Below are positions 41,662 through 51,817 of a DNA stretch of 64,000 bases, piece by piece. Position numbers and translations under genes: made by a program. This DNA is from Cryomorphaceae bacterium (GTDB lineage Bacteria; Bacteroidota; Bacteroidia; Flavobacteriales_D; Crocinitomicaceae): positions 1,479-65,478 of the forward strand of contig JAIXUE010000038.1 in the NCBI GenBank assembly GCA_027483605.1, given 5' to 3'. The notes beneath the pieces are model-generated. The model worked only from the letters and a program-made list of their open reading frames with translations, had not been told where the DNA came from and did not search any database. Numbering within the stretch: position 1 is the stretch's first letter; the number at the start of each line of letters is the position of its first letter.

Positions 41662-42675
41662 ATGCCAGCAATAATCAAAGGCCTCGGTAGCTACTTGCCG
41701 ACGCTTCGCATGACCAACCAAGATTTCATTTCTCATCGTTTCTACAAGGATATCGACCAGCCTTTTGAAGACAGCAATGAAATCATCATTGAGAAATTCA
41801 AGGAAATCACAGGTATTCAAGAGCGGCGCTATGCCCAAAAAGAACAAACCAACTCTGATCTTGGTATTTTAGCGGCCCAACGCGCTATTGCTGCAGCAGG
41901 CATAGATGTTGAGTCTATTGATTACATCATTTTTGCACATAATTTTGGCGATGTGCGCTTTGCCTCGAATCATTTAGATATGTTGCCTGCGTTGTCGTCT
42001 CGAGCGAAGCATGCACTCGGTATTGCCAATCCCAATTGTGTGGCCTATGACATGCTCTTTGGTTGCCCGGGCTGGATAGAAGCGTTAATACAAGCCAATC
42101 TTTTCATCAAAGCAGGCGCTGCTACGAATTGTTTAGTCATTGGTTCCGAGACGCTCAGCCGAGTAGTAGACCCTCACGATCGCGACTCCATGATTTTTGC
42201 CGATGGTGCCGGAGCTTGTATCTTGAGTGCGGGCAGCGACAATGGTGAGCAAGGCATTTTGGCCCACGCCACCCAAACGTTTACCAAAGACGAGGCGTAT
42301 TTTCTCAACAATGGCCCTTCCTTGAACTCCAAGCACCACATCCACGAAAAATACATCAAAATGCAGGGTCGCAAAATCTATGAGTTTGCCCTGACCAAAG
42401 TGCCTGCTGCCATGAAGCTGGCCTTGGATAAAAGCGGTGTGGCGATTGAAGATGTCAAGAAGGTGTTTATTCATCAGGCCAATGAAAAGATGGACGAAGC
42501 GATTATTGACCGCTTTTACCGTCTGTACCGCGCGGAGCGCCCCGCACACATCATGCCCATGAACATCCATTTGTGTGGCAATAGTTCGGTGGCAACCGTG
42601 CCAACGCTATTAGATGCGGTGGTGCGTGGCGAATACCCAGAGCATGAACTCCAAACAGGCGATGTCATTATTTAG
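41662..42675 (+). CDS. FabH-like 3-oxoacyl-ACP synthase III, ended by an in-frame TAG 17 codons before the expected C-terminus
   Basis: The Cys/His/Asn triad context is intact (FGCPGW, FIHQAN, GNSSVAT). The same frame continues after TAG (42673-42675) as ASVGAGMNINAVVYKW-TGA (to 42726), which is the conserved KAS III C-terminal strand. Confidence 0.8.
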   Translation: MPAIIKGLGSYLPTLRMTNQDFISHRFYKDIDQPFEDSNEIIIEKFKEITGIQERRYAQKEQTNSDLGILAAQRAIAAAGIDVESIDYIIFAHNFGDVRFASNHLDMLPALSSRAKHALGIANPNCVAYDMLFGCPGWIEALIQANLFIKAGAATNCLVIGSETLSRVVDPHDRDSMIFADGAGACILSAGSDNGEQGILAHATQTFTKDEAYFLNNGPSLNSKHHIHEKYIKMQGRKIYEFALTKVPAAMKLALDKSGVAIEDVKKVFIHQANEKMDEAIIDRFYRLYRAERPAHIMPMNIHLCGNSSVATVPTLLDAVVRGEYPEHELQTGDVII

Positions 42676-42744
42676 GCGTCTGTGGGTGCCGGTATGAATA
42701 TCAATGCGGTGGTTTACAAATGGTGAGTTGAACCAAACGACTAC

Positions 42745-45039
42745 CTATACTTGCATGGCAGCCTGATACAATTTGAGTTCGTCCCAGGTGACTTTTGAAC
42801 CCAATTTTTCTTTGAGCGGATTTAAAGACGTGCCCTCAAAGCCCTCGAACATGAGCTCGAGCTCATGGATGCGTTTAGGGCTCATGACATCTGAAAGTTC
42901 AATTTTCTCGGCTCTGATGAGGTAAGCAAAGTGGCTATTGATGGTTTGCACCGACAATTGCCGTTCTCGGGCAATCTGGGCGGTGTCGAGGCCTTGTTCG
43001 AGTAATTCGAGCGTTTTTTCTTGGGTACTTTTCTTTTCTTTCTTGTCTGGGCTCACTTTTTTGGTGGTTTTCAAGAAGGAGTGGTCGTCGTCAATAGGGT
43101 CGTCGAGGAGGGAAGGAACTTGTTGGAGTTCTTGCTTCACAATCGCAATTTTCGACAATTTATACTGCGTTATTTCTGAGTTCCAAACGCGGTTCTTGGT
43201 GATTTCTTCGCCGTTGGCAACGGCTTCAATCAGGATGCGTATCTTCTTTAATTGCAGGATGGTTTCGGTCAGGATGTCGTCGAGTTCATCGAGTTCTTCT
43301 GCATAACTCTTTGTTTTGCGTATACGGCTGAGTTCGGCAATTTTGCGGAGGTTAGAAAGCAGAACGCTATCGAGTTGGGGATAGAAATAAGCGTAGGCTG
43401 CCAACACGCGCTCTTTGACAAATTGAGGGTCAAAATGGGGTTTAGCAAAGATCCCAGTAAGTTGCCTGATGAACTTTTCTGCAGGTTCTTTACTTGCCTG
43501 AACAACCTGATTTTGAAGCGCGATCCAGCTTTTGTTTTTGGTTTTTTCGCTTTTGGCACCTAACGCTTGGTATGAAGCTTCGTGCATACTCCATTTGGAG
43601 CGCAACTCATACCAATCGAAGGCTTTGCTTAGGGTTTGTAGCAAATATTTTTTCGTGTGTTGCTGCAGTGCAGCTGGCAGCTGCGCTTCATCGGCCTTAT
43701 TTTGGCTGTATGCCATGACTTGTTGGTCGTTGGAGAGCCCGTTCATGCGCATGGGTTGTTTCAATACCAAACCTTCCAAAGAGCGCAAGCGAGAGAGTGC
43801 AACATAGGCTTGTCCGGGTGCAAAAACATCAGATACATCCAAGACTGCTTTGTCAAAAGTGAGCCCTTGGCTTTTGTGGACAGTGATTGCCCAGGCTAAC
43901 TTGAGCGGGTACTGTACAAAGGTGCCAATGACTTCTTCTTCAATAGCACCAGTACTTGTATTGAGCACGTAACGAATGTTATTCCACTCAAATTTCTCCA
44001 CATTGATCGCCTTTTTTTCTTCGGGAAAGTAAACGGTAATCTCTTGCTCGCTGAGCGACTGGATTTTGCCCATTTTGCCGTTGAAATATTGTTTGTCAAG
44101 GGAGTTGTCATTCTTGATAAACATGACTTGCGCACCGAGTTTGAGCGCAAGCGTGGGTTCAATAGGGTAGAGGTGCTTGGGGTATTCGCCTGTGATTTCG
44201 GCTTCGAAGTTCCATTCTTTCTCCTTTAAGGCTTCAAGTGCTTTGATATTGATGAGGTCGGCTTTAGCATTATGGGTGCTGAGCGTAATATAGCCCTCTT
44301 CTTTGGTGGCATCGAAGTCTGGCTTGACGTATTGGTTGAGAATAGACAGGTCTTCGGCGGTAATTTGATTGTTGCGCAAATGGTTGAGCAATTGGATGAA
44401 TTGTTGGTCTTGTTGGCGGTAGATGGTGCTTAACTCGATGTAAATGGGTTGTATTTCTTGCAAAACCTTGGCGTGAAAGAAAAAAATACCATTGTAGTAT
44501 TGCCGCAGCAACTGCCATTCTTCCTGTTTGGCCACGGGCGGAAGCTGCAGTAGGTCGCCGATAAACAAGAGCTGCACATTGCCAAAAGGCTCATGAATAC
44601 CGCGCACATTGCGTAGGGTCCAGTCGATGGCGTCTAGGAGGTCAGCGCGGAGCATACTTACTTCGTCTATGATGAGTAACTCGATGTTTCGGATGAGCTT
44701 GAGCCGCGTTTTGTTCATGGTAAAATGGCGCAGCAAGGTGTCTTTGGTCTCAAACTTAACGGTTTCAGTAAAAGCAGCCTGAGCGCCAAACTCCGGAATA
44801 AATCCCGCAAAGGGCAACTGAAAAAAAGAGTGAATGGTAACGCCTCCTGCATTGAGCGCCGCAATGCCTGTTGGGGCTACGATAACCGCATTTTTGTGCG
44901 TAGAAGCCATGATTTTACGCAACAGCGTTGTTTTACCTGTGCCGGCCTTTCCGGTCAAGAATATCGATTGATTGGTTTGATTGATGAATTGTTCTGCAAA
45001 TGCCGCAACAGCATTTGTTCGGAGCGCGTCGGGTTTCAT
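42745..45039 (-). CDS. PIF1/RecD-like superfamily-1 helicase with C-terminal HTH region
   Basis: Walker A GKAGTGKTTLL, LIIDEVSM, and VHKSQGLTFD near the UvrD_C-like end. C-terminal segment reads QIARERQLSVQTINSHF. Likely start MKPDALRTN. The track ORF extends to 45072. Confidence 0.8.
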   Translation of the reverse strand: MKPDALRTNAVAAFAEQFINQTNQSIFLTGKAGTGKTTLLRKIMASTHKNAVIVAPTGIAALNAGGVTIHSFFQLPFAGFIPEFGAQAAFTETVKFETKDTLLRHFTMNKTRLKLIRNIELLIIDEVSMLRADLLDAIDWTLRNVRGIHEPFGNVQLLFIGDLLQLPPVAKQEEWQLLRQYYNGIFFFHAKVLQEIQPIYIELSTIYRQQDQQFIQLLNHLRNNQITAEDLSILNQYVKPDFDATKEEGYITLSTHNAKADLINIKALEALKEKEWNFEAEITGEYPKHLYPIEPTLALKLGAQVMFIKNDNSLDKQYFNGKMGKIQSLSEQEITVYFPEEKKAINVEKFEWNNIRYVLNTSTGAIEEEVIGTFVQYPLKLAWAITVHKSQGLTFDKAVLDVSDVFAPGQAYVALSRLRSLEGLVLKQPMRMNGLSNDQQVMAYSQNKADEAQLPAALQQHTKKYLLQTLSKAFDWYELRSKWSMHEASYQALGAKSEKTKNKSWIALQNQVVQASKEPAEKFIRQLTGIFAKPHFDPQFVKERVLAAYAYFYPQLDSVLLSNLRKIAELSRIRKTKSYAEELDELDDILTETILQLKKIRILIEAVANGEEITKNRVWNSEITQYKLSKIAIVKQELQQVPSLLDDPIDDDHSFLKTTKKVSPDKKEKKSTQEKTLELLEQGLDTAQIARERQLSVQTINSHFAYLIRAEKIELSDVMSPKRIHELELMFEGFEGTSLNPLKEKLGSKVTWDELKLYQAAMQV

Positions 45040-45131
45040 TGAAATGAAGGTACGGACTATTTCAGAAACCAAGAGGGAAGATTTACGGAATCATAGAGAA
45101 GTTACTAACTTGCGCTCCAATTCAAACATAC

Positions 45132-46385
45132 ATGCAAGTTATCAATCCCAAATCCGCCCTTGTTTTTATCCTGATCACTATTTGTCTTGATTCCATTGGC
45201 TTGGGCATCATCATTCCTTCTTTTCCGATACTGGTTTCAGAAACTGCGCATGTCCCATTAAGTAAGGCCTCTCAGTATTTTGGTTGGGTCATGGGGGCGT
45301 ATGCACTCATGCAGTTTGTGTTTTCTCCTTTGATTGGCAATTTGAGTGACCGCTTTGGGCGCCGCCCCATTTTGCTGATTTCAGTGCTGGGAATGAGTCT
45401 AGATTATTTAGTCATGTATTTTGCACCCGATTTGTTTTGGTTGGTACTAGGGCGCGCCATCTCTGGTATTTTTGGTGCCAGTTATACATCTGCTTCTGCA
45501 TATATCGCTGATATTTCCACGCCTGAAAAACGCGCTCAAAATTTTGGCATGATTGGTGCCGCTTTTGGGATTGGTTTTGTAATTGGCCCTGCAATTGGCG
45601 GCCTTCTTTCCGATTTTGGTTCTCGAACACCTTTTTTGGTAGCCTCGTTTTTCTCAATGGCCAACTTCATCTATGGCCTGATCGTTTTAAAGGAGTCGCT
45701 ACCCAAAGCAAATCGCCGCAAGTTCGAGTTCAAGCGCGCCAATCCTTTTGGTGCACTCCAGCAAATCAAGCGCTTTGAAAAGCTCAAATTCCTGTTTTTG
45801 GTTTCGTTTTTAACCGTTTTCACTAATATGAGTGTGCATTCCACCTGGAACTTTTATTCTATGGAAAAATTCGGCTGGACCATCAAAGAAGTCGGTGTTT
45901 CACTCGCGGTGGTCGGTGTATGTTTTGGTGTGGTTCAGGGCGGGTTCACCGGTAAAATTGTCGACAAAATAGGTCAAAATAATGCCGCCAAACTCGGGCT
46001 TTTCCTCTCTATTTTCGTTTTGGTCGGCATGGGGCTCATTACGCAGGGTTGGATGATGTACGCCATTATTCTCCCGTATGCACTCACCGGAATTGTAGAC
46101 CCAGCCATTCGCTCAATTGTTTCAAGCCAAGTCCAAAGCAATGAACAAGGTGAACTGCAAGGTGTTTTCACGAGCCTTATGAGCTTGGCAGAAATCATTG
46201 GGCCGCCTTTCTTCATGTGGTTTTATTACAATTTCAAAACGAGCGTCCCGAATTCAAACATTGGGCTAGGAACGCCATTTTTCATTGCGGCCTTGCTTGC
46301 TGTGCTAACTTACTTCTTGATTGTTTGGACTTTGAAGGGGCACAGCCCTGAAGAACACGTTATGCAAGACGAACAGAAAAATTGA
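45132..46385 (+). CDS. MFS transporter, TCR/Tet-like efflux family
   Basis: 12-TM pattern with the [14 protein letters not shown] motif. Confidence 0.88.
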   Translation: MQVINPKSALVFILITICLDSIGLGIIIPSFPILVSETAHVPLSKASQYFGWVMGAYALMQFVFSPLIGNLSDRFGRRPILLISVLGMSLDYLVMYFAPDLFWLVLGRAISGIFGASYTSASAYIADISTPEKRAQNFGMIGAAFGIGFVIGPAIGGLLSDFGSRTPFLVASFFSMANFIYGLIVLKESLPKANRRKFEFKRANPFGALQQIKRFEKLKFLFLVSFLTVFTNMSVHSTWNFYSMEKFGWTIKEVGVSLAVVGVCFGVVQGGFTGKIVDKIGQNNAAKLGLFLSIFVLVGMGLITQGWMMYAIILPYALTGIVDPAIRSIVSSQVQSNEQGELQGVFTSLMSLAEIIGPPFFMWFYYNFKTSVPNSNIGLGTPFFIAALLAVLTYFLIVWTLKGHSPEEHVMQDEQKN

Positions 46386-46404
46386 ATTATAGCCAAAAGT
46401 TAAA

Positions 46405-47319
46405 GTGAGTTACTTACATATTTCCTACCATCCAATTTATGCGCATCCGCTGCCAGAAGGGCACCGCTTTCCGATGCTTAAATATGAATTGATACCTGGC
46501 CAACTGTTGCAAGAAGGCACCATTTCAGAGCGAAATTTGATTGCGCCCCTGCCATGTTCTGCCGAAATAGTTTTACTGACTCATTCCGCTGCTTATTTTC
46601 AACAGCTACTTGATCAAACATTGAGTGAGCGCGAGCAGCGGGTTATTGGCTTTCCACAATCCAAAGAGTTGACGCACCGTGAATTGATCATTACACAAGG
46701 CACCATAGATTGTGCGCGAGCAGCTCTTCAAACAGGCATTGCGCTCAATGTTGCAGGCGGAACGCATCATGCATTTGCCGATCGTGGCGAAGGATTTTGT
46801 CTGCTCAATGACATGGCCATTGCGGCTAATTATTTGTTACAGCAAAAGCTTGTCAAGCAAATCTTGATCATAGATTTAGATGTGCATCAAGGCAACGGAA
46901 CGGCCAAGTTATTTGAGGCAGAGCCACGGGTTTTTACGTTTAGCATGCATGGTGCCACTAACTATCCATTTAAAAAAGAGCGCAGCGACCTCGACATCGG
47001 ACTGGCAAACGGCAGCACCGATCAGGTTTATTTAGATCTGCTCTATGATCACCTTCCCAAGTTACTTGAAAATGTCAATCCTGATTTTGTTTTTTATTTG
47101 GCAGGTGTCGATGTACTTGAGACCGATAAATTTGGCAAGCTCGGCGTGACCATGGAGGGCTGTAGACAACGCGACCTTTTTGTTTTGTCTCAACTCAAGG
47201 CTCGCTCCATTCCATGTGCTGTTGCGCTTGGAGGTGGGTACTCTGCTGACGTAAATGTGATTGTCGAGGCGCATTGCCAAACTTTTCGCTTGGCAAAGGA
47301 GCTTTTTGAGCTCATATAA
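46405..47319 (+). CDS. histone deacetylase-family (acetylpolyamine/acetoin-utilisation type) hydrolase
   Basis: GGTHHAFADRGEGFCLLND, IIDLDVHQGNG and GGGY motifs. GTG start. Confidence 0.88.
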   Translation: MSYLHISYHPIYAHPLPEGHRFPMLKYELIPGQLLQEGTISERNLIAPLPCSAEIVLLTHSAAYFQQLLDQTLSEREQRVIGFPQSKELTHRELIITQGTIDCARAALQTGIALNVAGGTHHAFADRGEGFCLLNDMAIAANYLLQQKLVKQILIIDLDVHQGNGTAKLFEAEPRVFTFSMHGATNYPFKKERSDLDIGLANGSTDQVYLDLLYDHLPKLLENVNPDFVFYLAGVDVLETDKFGKLGVTMEGCRQRDLFVLSQLKARSIPCAVALGGGYSADVNVIVEAHCQTFRLAKELFELI

Positions 47320-47740
47320 TTTATTTTTATACATCATATTGATATTTAATGAATACCCATTGTTCCTTGAGTTAAGGTCCAGATGGTTGCCAAAAAAAGT
47401 GTTTTTACTTTGAATCATGTATGGTTTTGTTATTTGATCAATTTGTAAATGTCGTATTCGACAAAACGTTTCATTTTTTCTTCTTTTATATTTATCAAGT
47501 AATTGAAAATCAATTTATTAAAAGAATTCCATAGCGCTGTTATTAGCTACTTGAATCGGTTCTATTTCTTCTTTGTTTGCGCAACATTTTCGGTCCTTTT
47601 TCTTTTTTTAGGTTTTGCTTTTCGATTTGATTTTACTTGAAGTGATTTGCTTGGTCTTACCCATAAATGGTTTCGGAGATCCAAAGAGCGAATCCCAAAA
47701 GGGTTTAAATTTTTTATTTTAGCCCTCTAAACTATAAACC

Positions 47741-48247
47741 ATGAAAAATATCGCGTTTGCCTTATTCAGTTTGTTCTTATTAGCTGCCTGTGGTGCTGCA
47801 GATAAAACAAAGAACTTCAAGTTAGAGAACATCGAATTTGAGTACAGTGGTCCTCTTTTTGAAGGTTCTAATGCTGCACAGTATGTCGCAAAAATCAATC
47901 TCAAAGAAATCCTTGGTGCCGATTACGAAGATGGGATGGAGATTGATGAAGCTGCATTGAAGAAAGCCTTTGTAGAAATAGTGGAACCAGAAGGGTGCAC
48001 AGACATCAGCTCTTTTGTAATGAGTTTGGCTTCTGACAACCCTGACCTTGCCATGCAAGAACTTGCAGTTGTAAATCCGATTAAGTCTTACGGTGGCAAG
48101 ATCAAGCTCAAACCGTCACCATCTGCAGATGCAACTGATTATTTTGCTGAAAAGTCCGTGTACGTGGTCTTGGACGCGTCTTTCTTGAAAGACGTTGATG
48201 CAAATGTATTGGTCAAAGGCACCTTTGAATTTGAATTAAAGTATTGA
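47741..48247 (+). CDS. hypothetical lipoprotein
   Basis: Signal peptide with lipobox LLAAC. 168 aa. Confidence 0.6.
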   Translation: MKNIAFALFSLFLLAACGAADKTKNFKLENIEFEYSGPLFEGSNAAQYVAKINLKEILGADYEDGMEIDEAALKKAFVEIVEPEGCTDISSFVMSLASDNPDLAMQELAVVNPIKSYGGKIKLKPSPSADATDYFAEKSVYVVLDASFLKDVDANVLVKGTFEFELKY

Positions 48248-48313
48248 GTATTTCTTGCACTACCTCATTTCTCGAGAAAAGCTCATTTTATATAATCCTT
48301 AAAGAATGATATC

Positions 48314-48772
48314 ATGAAAAAACTAACTTTTATCACATTGTTTTCCCTTGTGGCGCTTCTATTTTCTTCATTTGCTCCTGCCGATGGTGGCGACCGCTTA
48401 TTAGGCGTTTGGGAACCAAGCAACGGAAGAGCCCGTGTTAAAATTGAAAAAATTGGCTCCAAGTATTTTGGAAAAATCGTTTGGCTCAAAGAACCAATTG
48501 ACCCTGTTACTAAGAAACCAAAAACCGATAAAAACAATCCAGACGCATCTTTGCAAAACACGCCACTGAAAGGTTATCGCATGCTTAAAGATTTTGTTTA
48601 CGATGGAAACAATGAATGGTCGGGTGGAACGATCTACGATGCCTTGAACGGGAGCACTTATTCTTGTGTGATCAAAATGACCAATGAAAATACGCTCAAT
48701 ATCCGCGGATATATTGGTGTTTCTGCTCTCGGAAGAACAGATGTTTGGAAGCGTGTTGTTGTTAAAAACTAA
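48314..48772 (+). CDS. DUF2147 domain protein
   Basis: Signal peptide, then GVWEP...GKIVWLKEP...NPD...W.GGTIYD..NG.TY...IRGYIGVSALGRTDVWKRV, which matches the DUF2147 pattern. Confidence 0.75.
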   Translation: MKKLTFITLFSLVALLFSSFAPADGGDRLLGVWEPSNGRARVKIEKIGSKYFGKIVWLKEPIDPVTKKPKTDKNNPDASLQNTPLKGYRMLKDFVYDGNNEWSGGTIYDALNGSTYSCVIKMTNENTLNIRGYIGVSALGRTDVWKRVVVKN

Positions 48773-48776
48773 GCCA

Positions 48777-49928
48777 ATGAAGAGCGTTATCCCATCTCAG
48801 TTAAGTTTCCTACTCTTGCTGAGCCTTTCCTTAATGACCTTCTCCTCTGTTGCACAAGTTACGCCACCAGATTCTACTGACACCATGCAGGTAGAAGAAG
48901 ATTACAGCATGTACGATAACGTAGAATTCTCTGCAGAAGGAGCCAAGCGTTTTTGTAGTCCAAAGATAGAAGGCCTGAGCCCCGCAAAATTGATCAGTTT
49001 TGGTTATGACTACCAATTCGGTTACGATATTTCGGCAGACACCTTGAATACCATACAGTCGCCATCAACCTTCAATTTGAATCCGCAGGACGCACAAATT
49101 TTGCGTTCACACGGCATGAGAATTGGTTTCAATATCCCCGTTATTTCGCAAACCAACCTTGTCTGGCAGTTAGGTGCCAACTATTGGGAGCAACGCTATG
49201 ATTTCAAAGATCCTAGCAACTTACAAAATCCGCTGTTGAAAACGCTGAGCGAACATGGTTTGCGTACACTAGGGCTGAGTACCACGTTATTCAAACCCCT
49301 AAATGACAAAAGTTTTATTTTGTTTCAAGGCTCTGCCGACTACAGTGGAAATTATTCTATCAAGTCAATGATGCCGCTTGCTTACATGAAATATTCAGCT
49401 GCGCTCATTTACGGTAAAAGACCTACAGAACTCAAGCAATGGGGAGTTGGTCTTGCCAGAACCTATCGCGTTGGTGAGATCAATTACATTCCGGTGGTGC
49501 TCTTTAATTGGACAGACCAAGCCAACAAATGGGGAACAGAAATTTTGTTTCCTGCCAGAGCGCACGTCAGAAGAACCATCAACAGCCGCAATATGCTTTT
49601 TGCGGGCTATGAATTGGAGGGGCAGAGCTATCGTTTGTGGAATACCTCAAGTACAGACGGTTTTGACATGCAAGACGACGAACTTGAAATCAGAAGGGGT
49701 GAAATTCGCCTGCGTTTGATTTATGAATTTGCAGTCAAAGATTTTGTGTGGATGTCAGTACAGGCGGGTTACCGCATCAATTATCGTTTCGATGTCGATC
49801 GATTGATTGGTGGGGAAGAAAATTACCGTGCCTTCGGATTAATCGAAGACACTCCTCCATATGTGATGCTCAATCGACTAACCAATCCGCTATACATCAA
49901 TATCAGCATCAATTTGGTAAGCCCTTGA
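48777..49928 (+). CDS. hypothetical secreted/outer-membrane protein
   Basis: Start at MKSVIPSQLSFLLLLSLSLMTFSSVAQ (signal peptide). Beta-rich. The track ORF begins at 48684 inside the previous gene. Confidence 0.55.
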   Translation: MKSVIPSQLSFLLLLSLSLMTFSSVAQVTPPDSTDTMQVEEDYSMYDNVEFSAEGAKRFCSPKIEGLSPAKLISFGYDYQFGYDISADTLNTIQSPSTFNLNPQDAQILRSHGMRIGFNIPVISQTNLVWQLGANYWEQRYDFKDPSNLQNPLLKTLSEHGLRTLGLSTTLFKPLNDKSFILFQGSADYSGNYSIKSMMPLAYMKYSAALIYGKRPTELKQWGVGLARTYRVGEINYIPVVLFNWTDQANKWGTEILFPARAHVRRTINSRNMLFAGYELEGQSYRLWNTSSTDGFDMQDDELEIRRGEIRLRLIYEFAVKDFVWMSVQAGYRINYRFDVDRLIGGEENYRAFGLIEDTPPYVMLNRLTNPLYINISINLVSP

Positions 49929-49935
49929 TACGGTA

Positions 49936-51714
49936 TTAATCTACCACCATTAACTCAATCCAAGTCTCCGTTAAATTGACGGTGAGCTGTGTTCCTTTTT
50001 TAGGCTTGAGCGTGAATTCCGGATCGCTCGAGAAGATGAGCAGCCCTAATCGGTGACCTGCTGGTATGATTTGATCGTCTGGTTGAAAGTTAAAGGTGAG
50101 ATCGTAAAATTTGCCTGGTTCTAATGCTGCGCTTTTGTCGAGTGCAGCATGGTTTTGTGGGTCGGCCCAAGCGCGGTTTACAATGATGTCCTCGATTTTC
50201 AACTTCTTCAATTGTGCATCTTGCGGAACCGCAATGAGGTACACCGACAAGTTGGCTGCGGCTTTGCTGCTCGCCACCTGGATGTGAATGCGTCCGGTTC
50301 CTGAAAGGTGCAGGGGTTTTTCTAGATTGTTCCAAAATAGCAGACGGTTTGCCTCCTTTTTTGGTGAAAGGAGTTCGATGGCCGTCAGGCTTGCATCGTC
50401 TGTGAAGGAGAGTTGAGCAGGACTTTTAACCGTTGCTGCCAAGATACCTGTATTTGAATTGGCCGAGCTAGGATAAAAGCGCAGTGCTTCGGCATTCGGA
50501 TTTGGAAACGCATTGTAAGGGTTGGCATCGCGTTTGCCTTTCGAGACAATCCAAGCATCGGCAAGGTTTTCTGCGCCGTTATTGACACCATGCAAATACT
50601 TCGTAAACCATTTGTTCATCATCCAAAGCGGAGGAGGGTAGCCGTGTCCCATTTGATTGTAGTATATTTTGGACGGCAAGCCCATCTTTTTGGCCTGCTC
50701 ATAGAAGCGAAAGCTGTGCTCGGCCATTACGTTCCAGTCTTCAAAACCATGGCACATGAACAAAGCGGCTTTCATGCTGTCCATTTGGGTGAGGTAATCG
50801 CGGGCCGCCCAAAAATCGTTGAAGTCTCCGGTAATTCTGTCTTGCCCGGGTACCAGTACTTTGTCTCGCATGAACGCGTCGTTGTGCGCCCGATTTTCAG
50901 GGTCGCCACTGTGCACAAAATCGTATAAAATATCGGTGTCTTCGCCTAAATAACCACCCGGTGAACGCACCAAACCATTCGAACGGTAATACAAATACCA
51001 AGAACTCACCGGTGCGTTTGGAATGATCGCTTCCAAACCTTTGACACCCGTACAAGCAGCTGCCAAACATAAAGTTCCGTTGTAAGAAGTGCCCATCATG
51101 CCTACTTTTCCTGTCGACCAAAATGCCGTTACGGTGTCCATTCCGGTGCGTGTGGTGTAGCCAACGCCTCTTCCGCACAGCCAATCAATGACAGCAGCAG
51201 GCGCTAATTTTTCGTTCTCGCCTCCAATCGTCGGAACCCCGTCAGAAAACCCAGTCCCGGGCGAAGAAGAATAGACTGTAATATACCCCCGTTTCACCCA
51301 AGTTTGGTCCTGGAAAAAAGCCTCAAGCGGTCGGTTTTCCTTGCGCTTGGCCACAGCATGTTTGTGGGGCGGTGGCGTTGCGCCAATTTCATGGTTCACA
51401 TCCCAATAGTAGCTTTTCGAATCGCCTCCGGTACCCGCAAAATAAGGGCTCGAGGTATAAATAACTGGCAGTTTAAGCCCCTCCGTATTGGTCTGCACCG
51501 GCCGGGTCAAAAACACGTGCATGCGGTCTAGTTTCCCATTCTGATCGCTGTCAAAATTGGTTTGCACCCACAATTCCTCCTTGATCCACTCAGAAGCATC
51601 GCTAAACGCCGGCACCAATTGCGCCTCACCGCTTTTAAAAATGGGTTTGGCTTGTTGCGCGTAGGTGTTGCTGAGTAAGAAAAAGAAGAGGGCAGGAAGG
51701 AAGAAATTTTTCAT
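49936..51714 (-). CDS. S15 family Xaa-Pro dipeptidyl-peptidase / CocE-NonD type hydrolase
   Basis: Signal peptide from MKNFFLPALFFFLL. Nucleophile context GMMGTSYNG. About 590 aa. The track ORF extends upstream to 51861. Confidence 0.8.
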   Translation of the reverse strand: MKNFFLPALFFFLLSNTYAQQAKPIFKSGEAQLVPAFSDASEWIKEELWVQTNFDSDQNGKLDRMHVFLTRPVQTNTEGLKLPVIYTSSPYFAGTGGDSKSYYWDVNHEIGATPPPHKHAVAKRKENRPLEAFFQDQTWVKRGYITVYSSSPGTGFSDGVPTIGGENEKLAPAAVIDWLCGRGVGYTTRTGMDTVTAFWSTGKVGMMGTSYNGTLCLAAACTGVKGLEAIIPNAPVSSWYLYYRSNGLVRSPGGYLGEDTDILYDFVHSGDPENRAHNDAFMRDKVLVPGQDRITGDFNDFWAARDYLTQMDSMKAALFMCHGFEDWNVMAEHSFRFYEQAKKMGLPSKIYYNQMGHGYPPPLWMMNKWFTKYLHGVNNGAENLADAWIVSKGKRDANPYNAFPNPNAEALRFYPSSANSNTGILAATVKSPAQLSFTDDASLTAIELLSPKKEANRLLFWNNLEKPLHLSGTGRIHIQVASSKAAANLSVYLIAVPQDAQLKKLKIEDIIVNRAWADPQNHAALDKSAALEPGKFYDLTFNFQPDDQIIPAGHRLGLLIFSSDPEFTLKPKKGTQLTVNLTETWIELMVVD

Positions 51715-51817
51715 AGGGTGAATTTGGGTAGCTAATTTAACGAGAAGATTAAATAAAGTCAGAATGAATTTCATGCTATCTTCGTATTTAGATAGAGTTT
51801 TTTCAATAAAATTGATA

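Noticed and set aside
42673-42675. TAG in the fabH-like gene read as a recoded sense codon (pyrrolysine or a reassigned stop).
   Set aside because: TAG appears to work as an ordinary stop elsewhere in the window, for example at the end of the DUF4301 gene (26907-26909). No pyl genes or recoding signals are visible. A nonsense mutation or a base-call error is simpler.
47062-47418. 118-aa minus-strand ORF at the HDAC 3' end.
   Set aside because: Most of it is antisense to the well-supported HDAC-family gene. The remainder is Asn/Lys-rich AT-driven sequence.
47518-47664. Minus-strand small ORF MGKTKQITSSKIKSKSKT-TAA-KKKKDRKCCANKEEIEPIQVANNSAMEFF in the AT-rich gap, open across an in-frame stop.
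   Set aside because: It is Lys-rich only because the strand is A-rich. I know of no homology, and an in-frame stop in a 49-codon window of AT-rich DNA is expected by chance.
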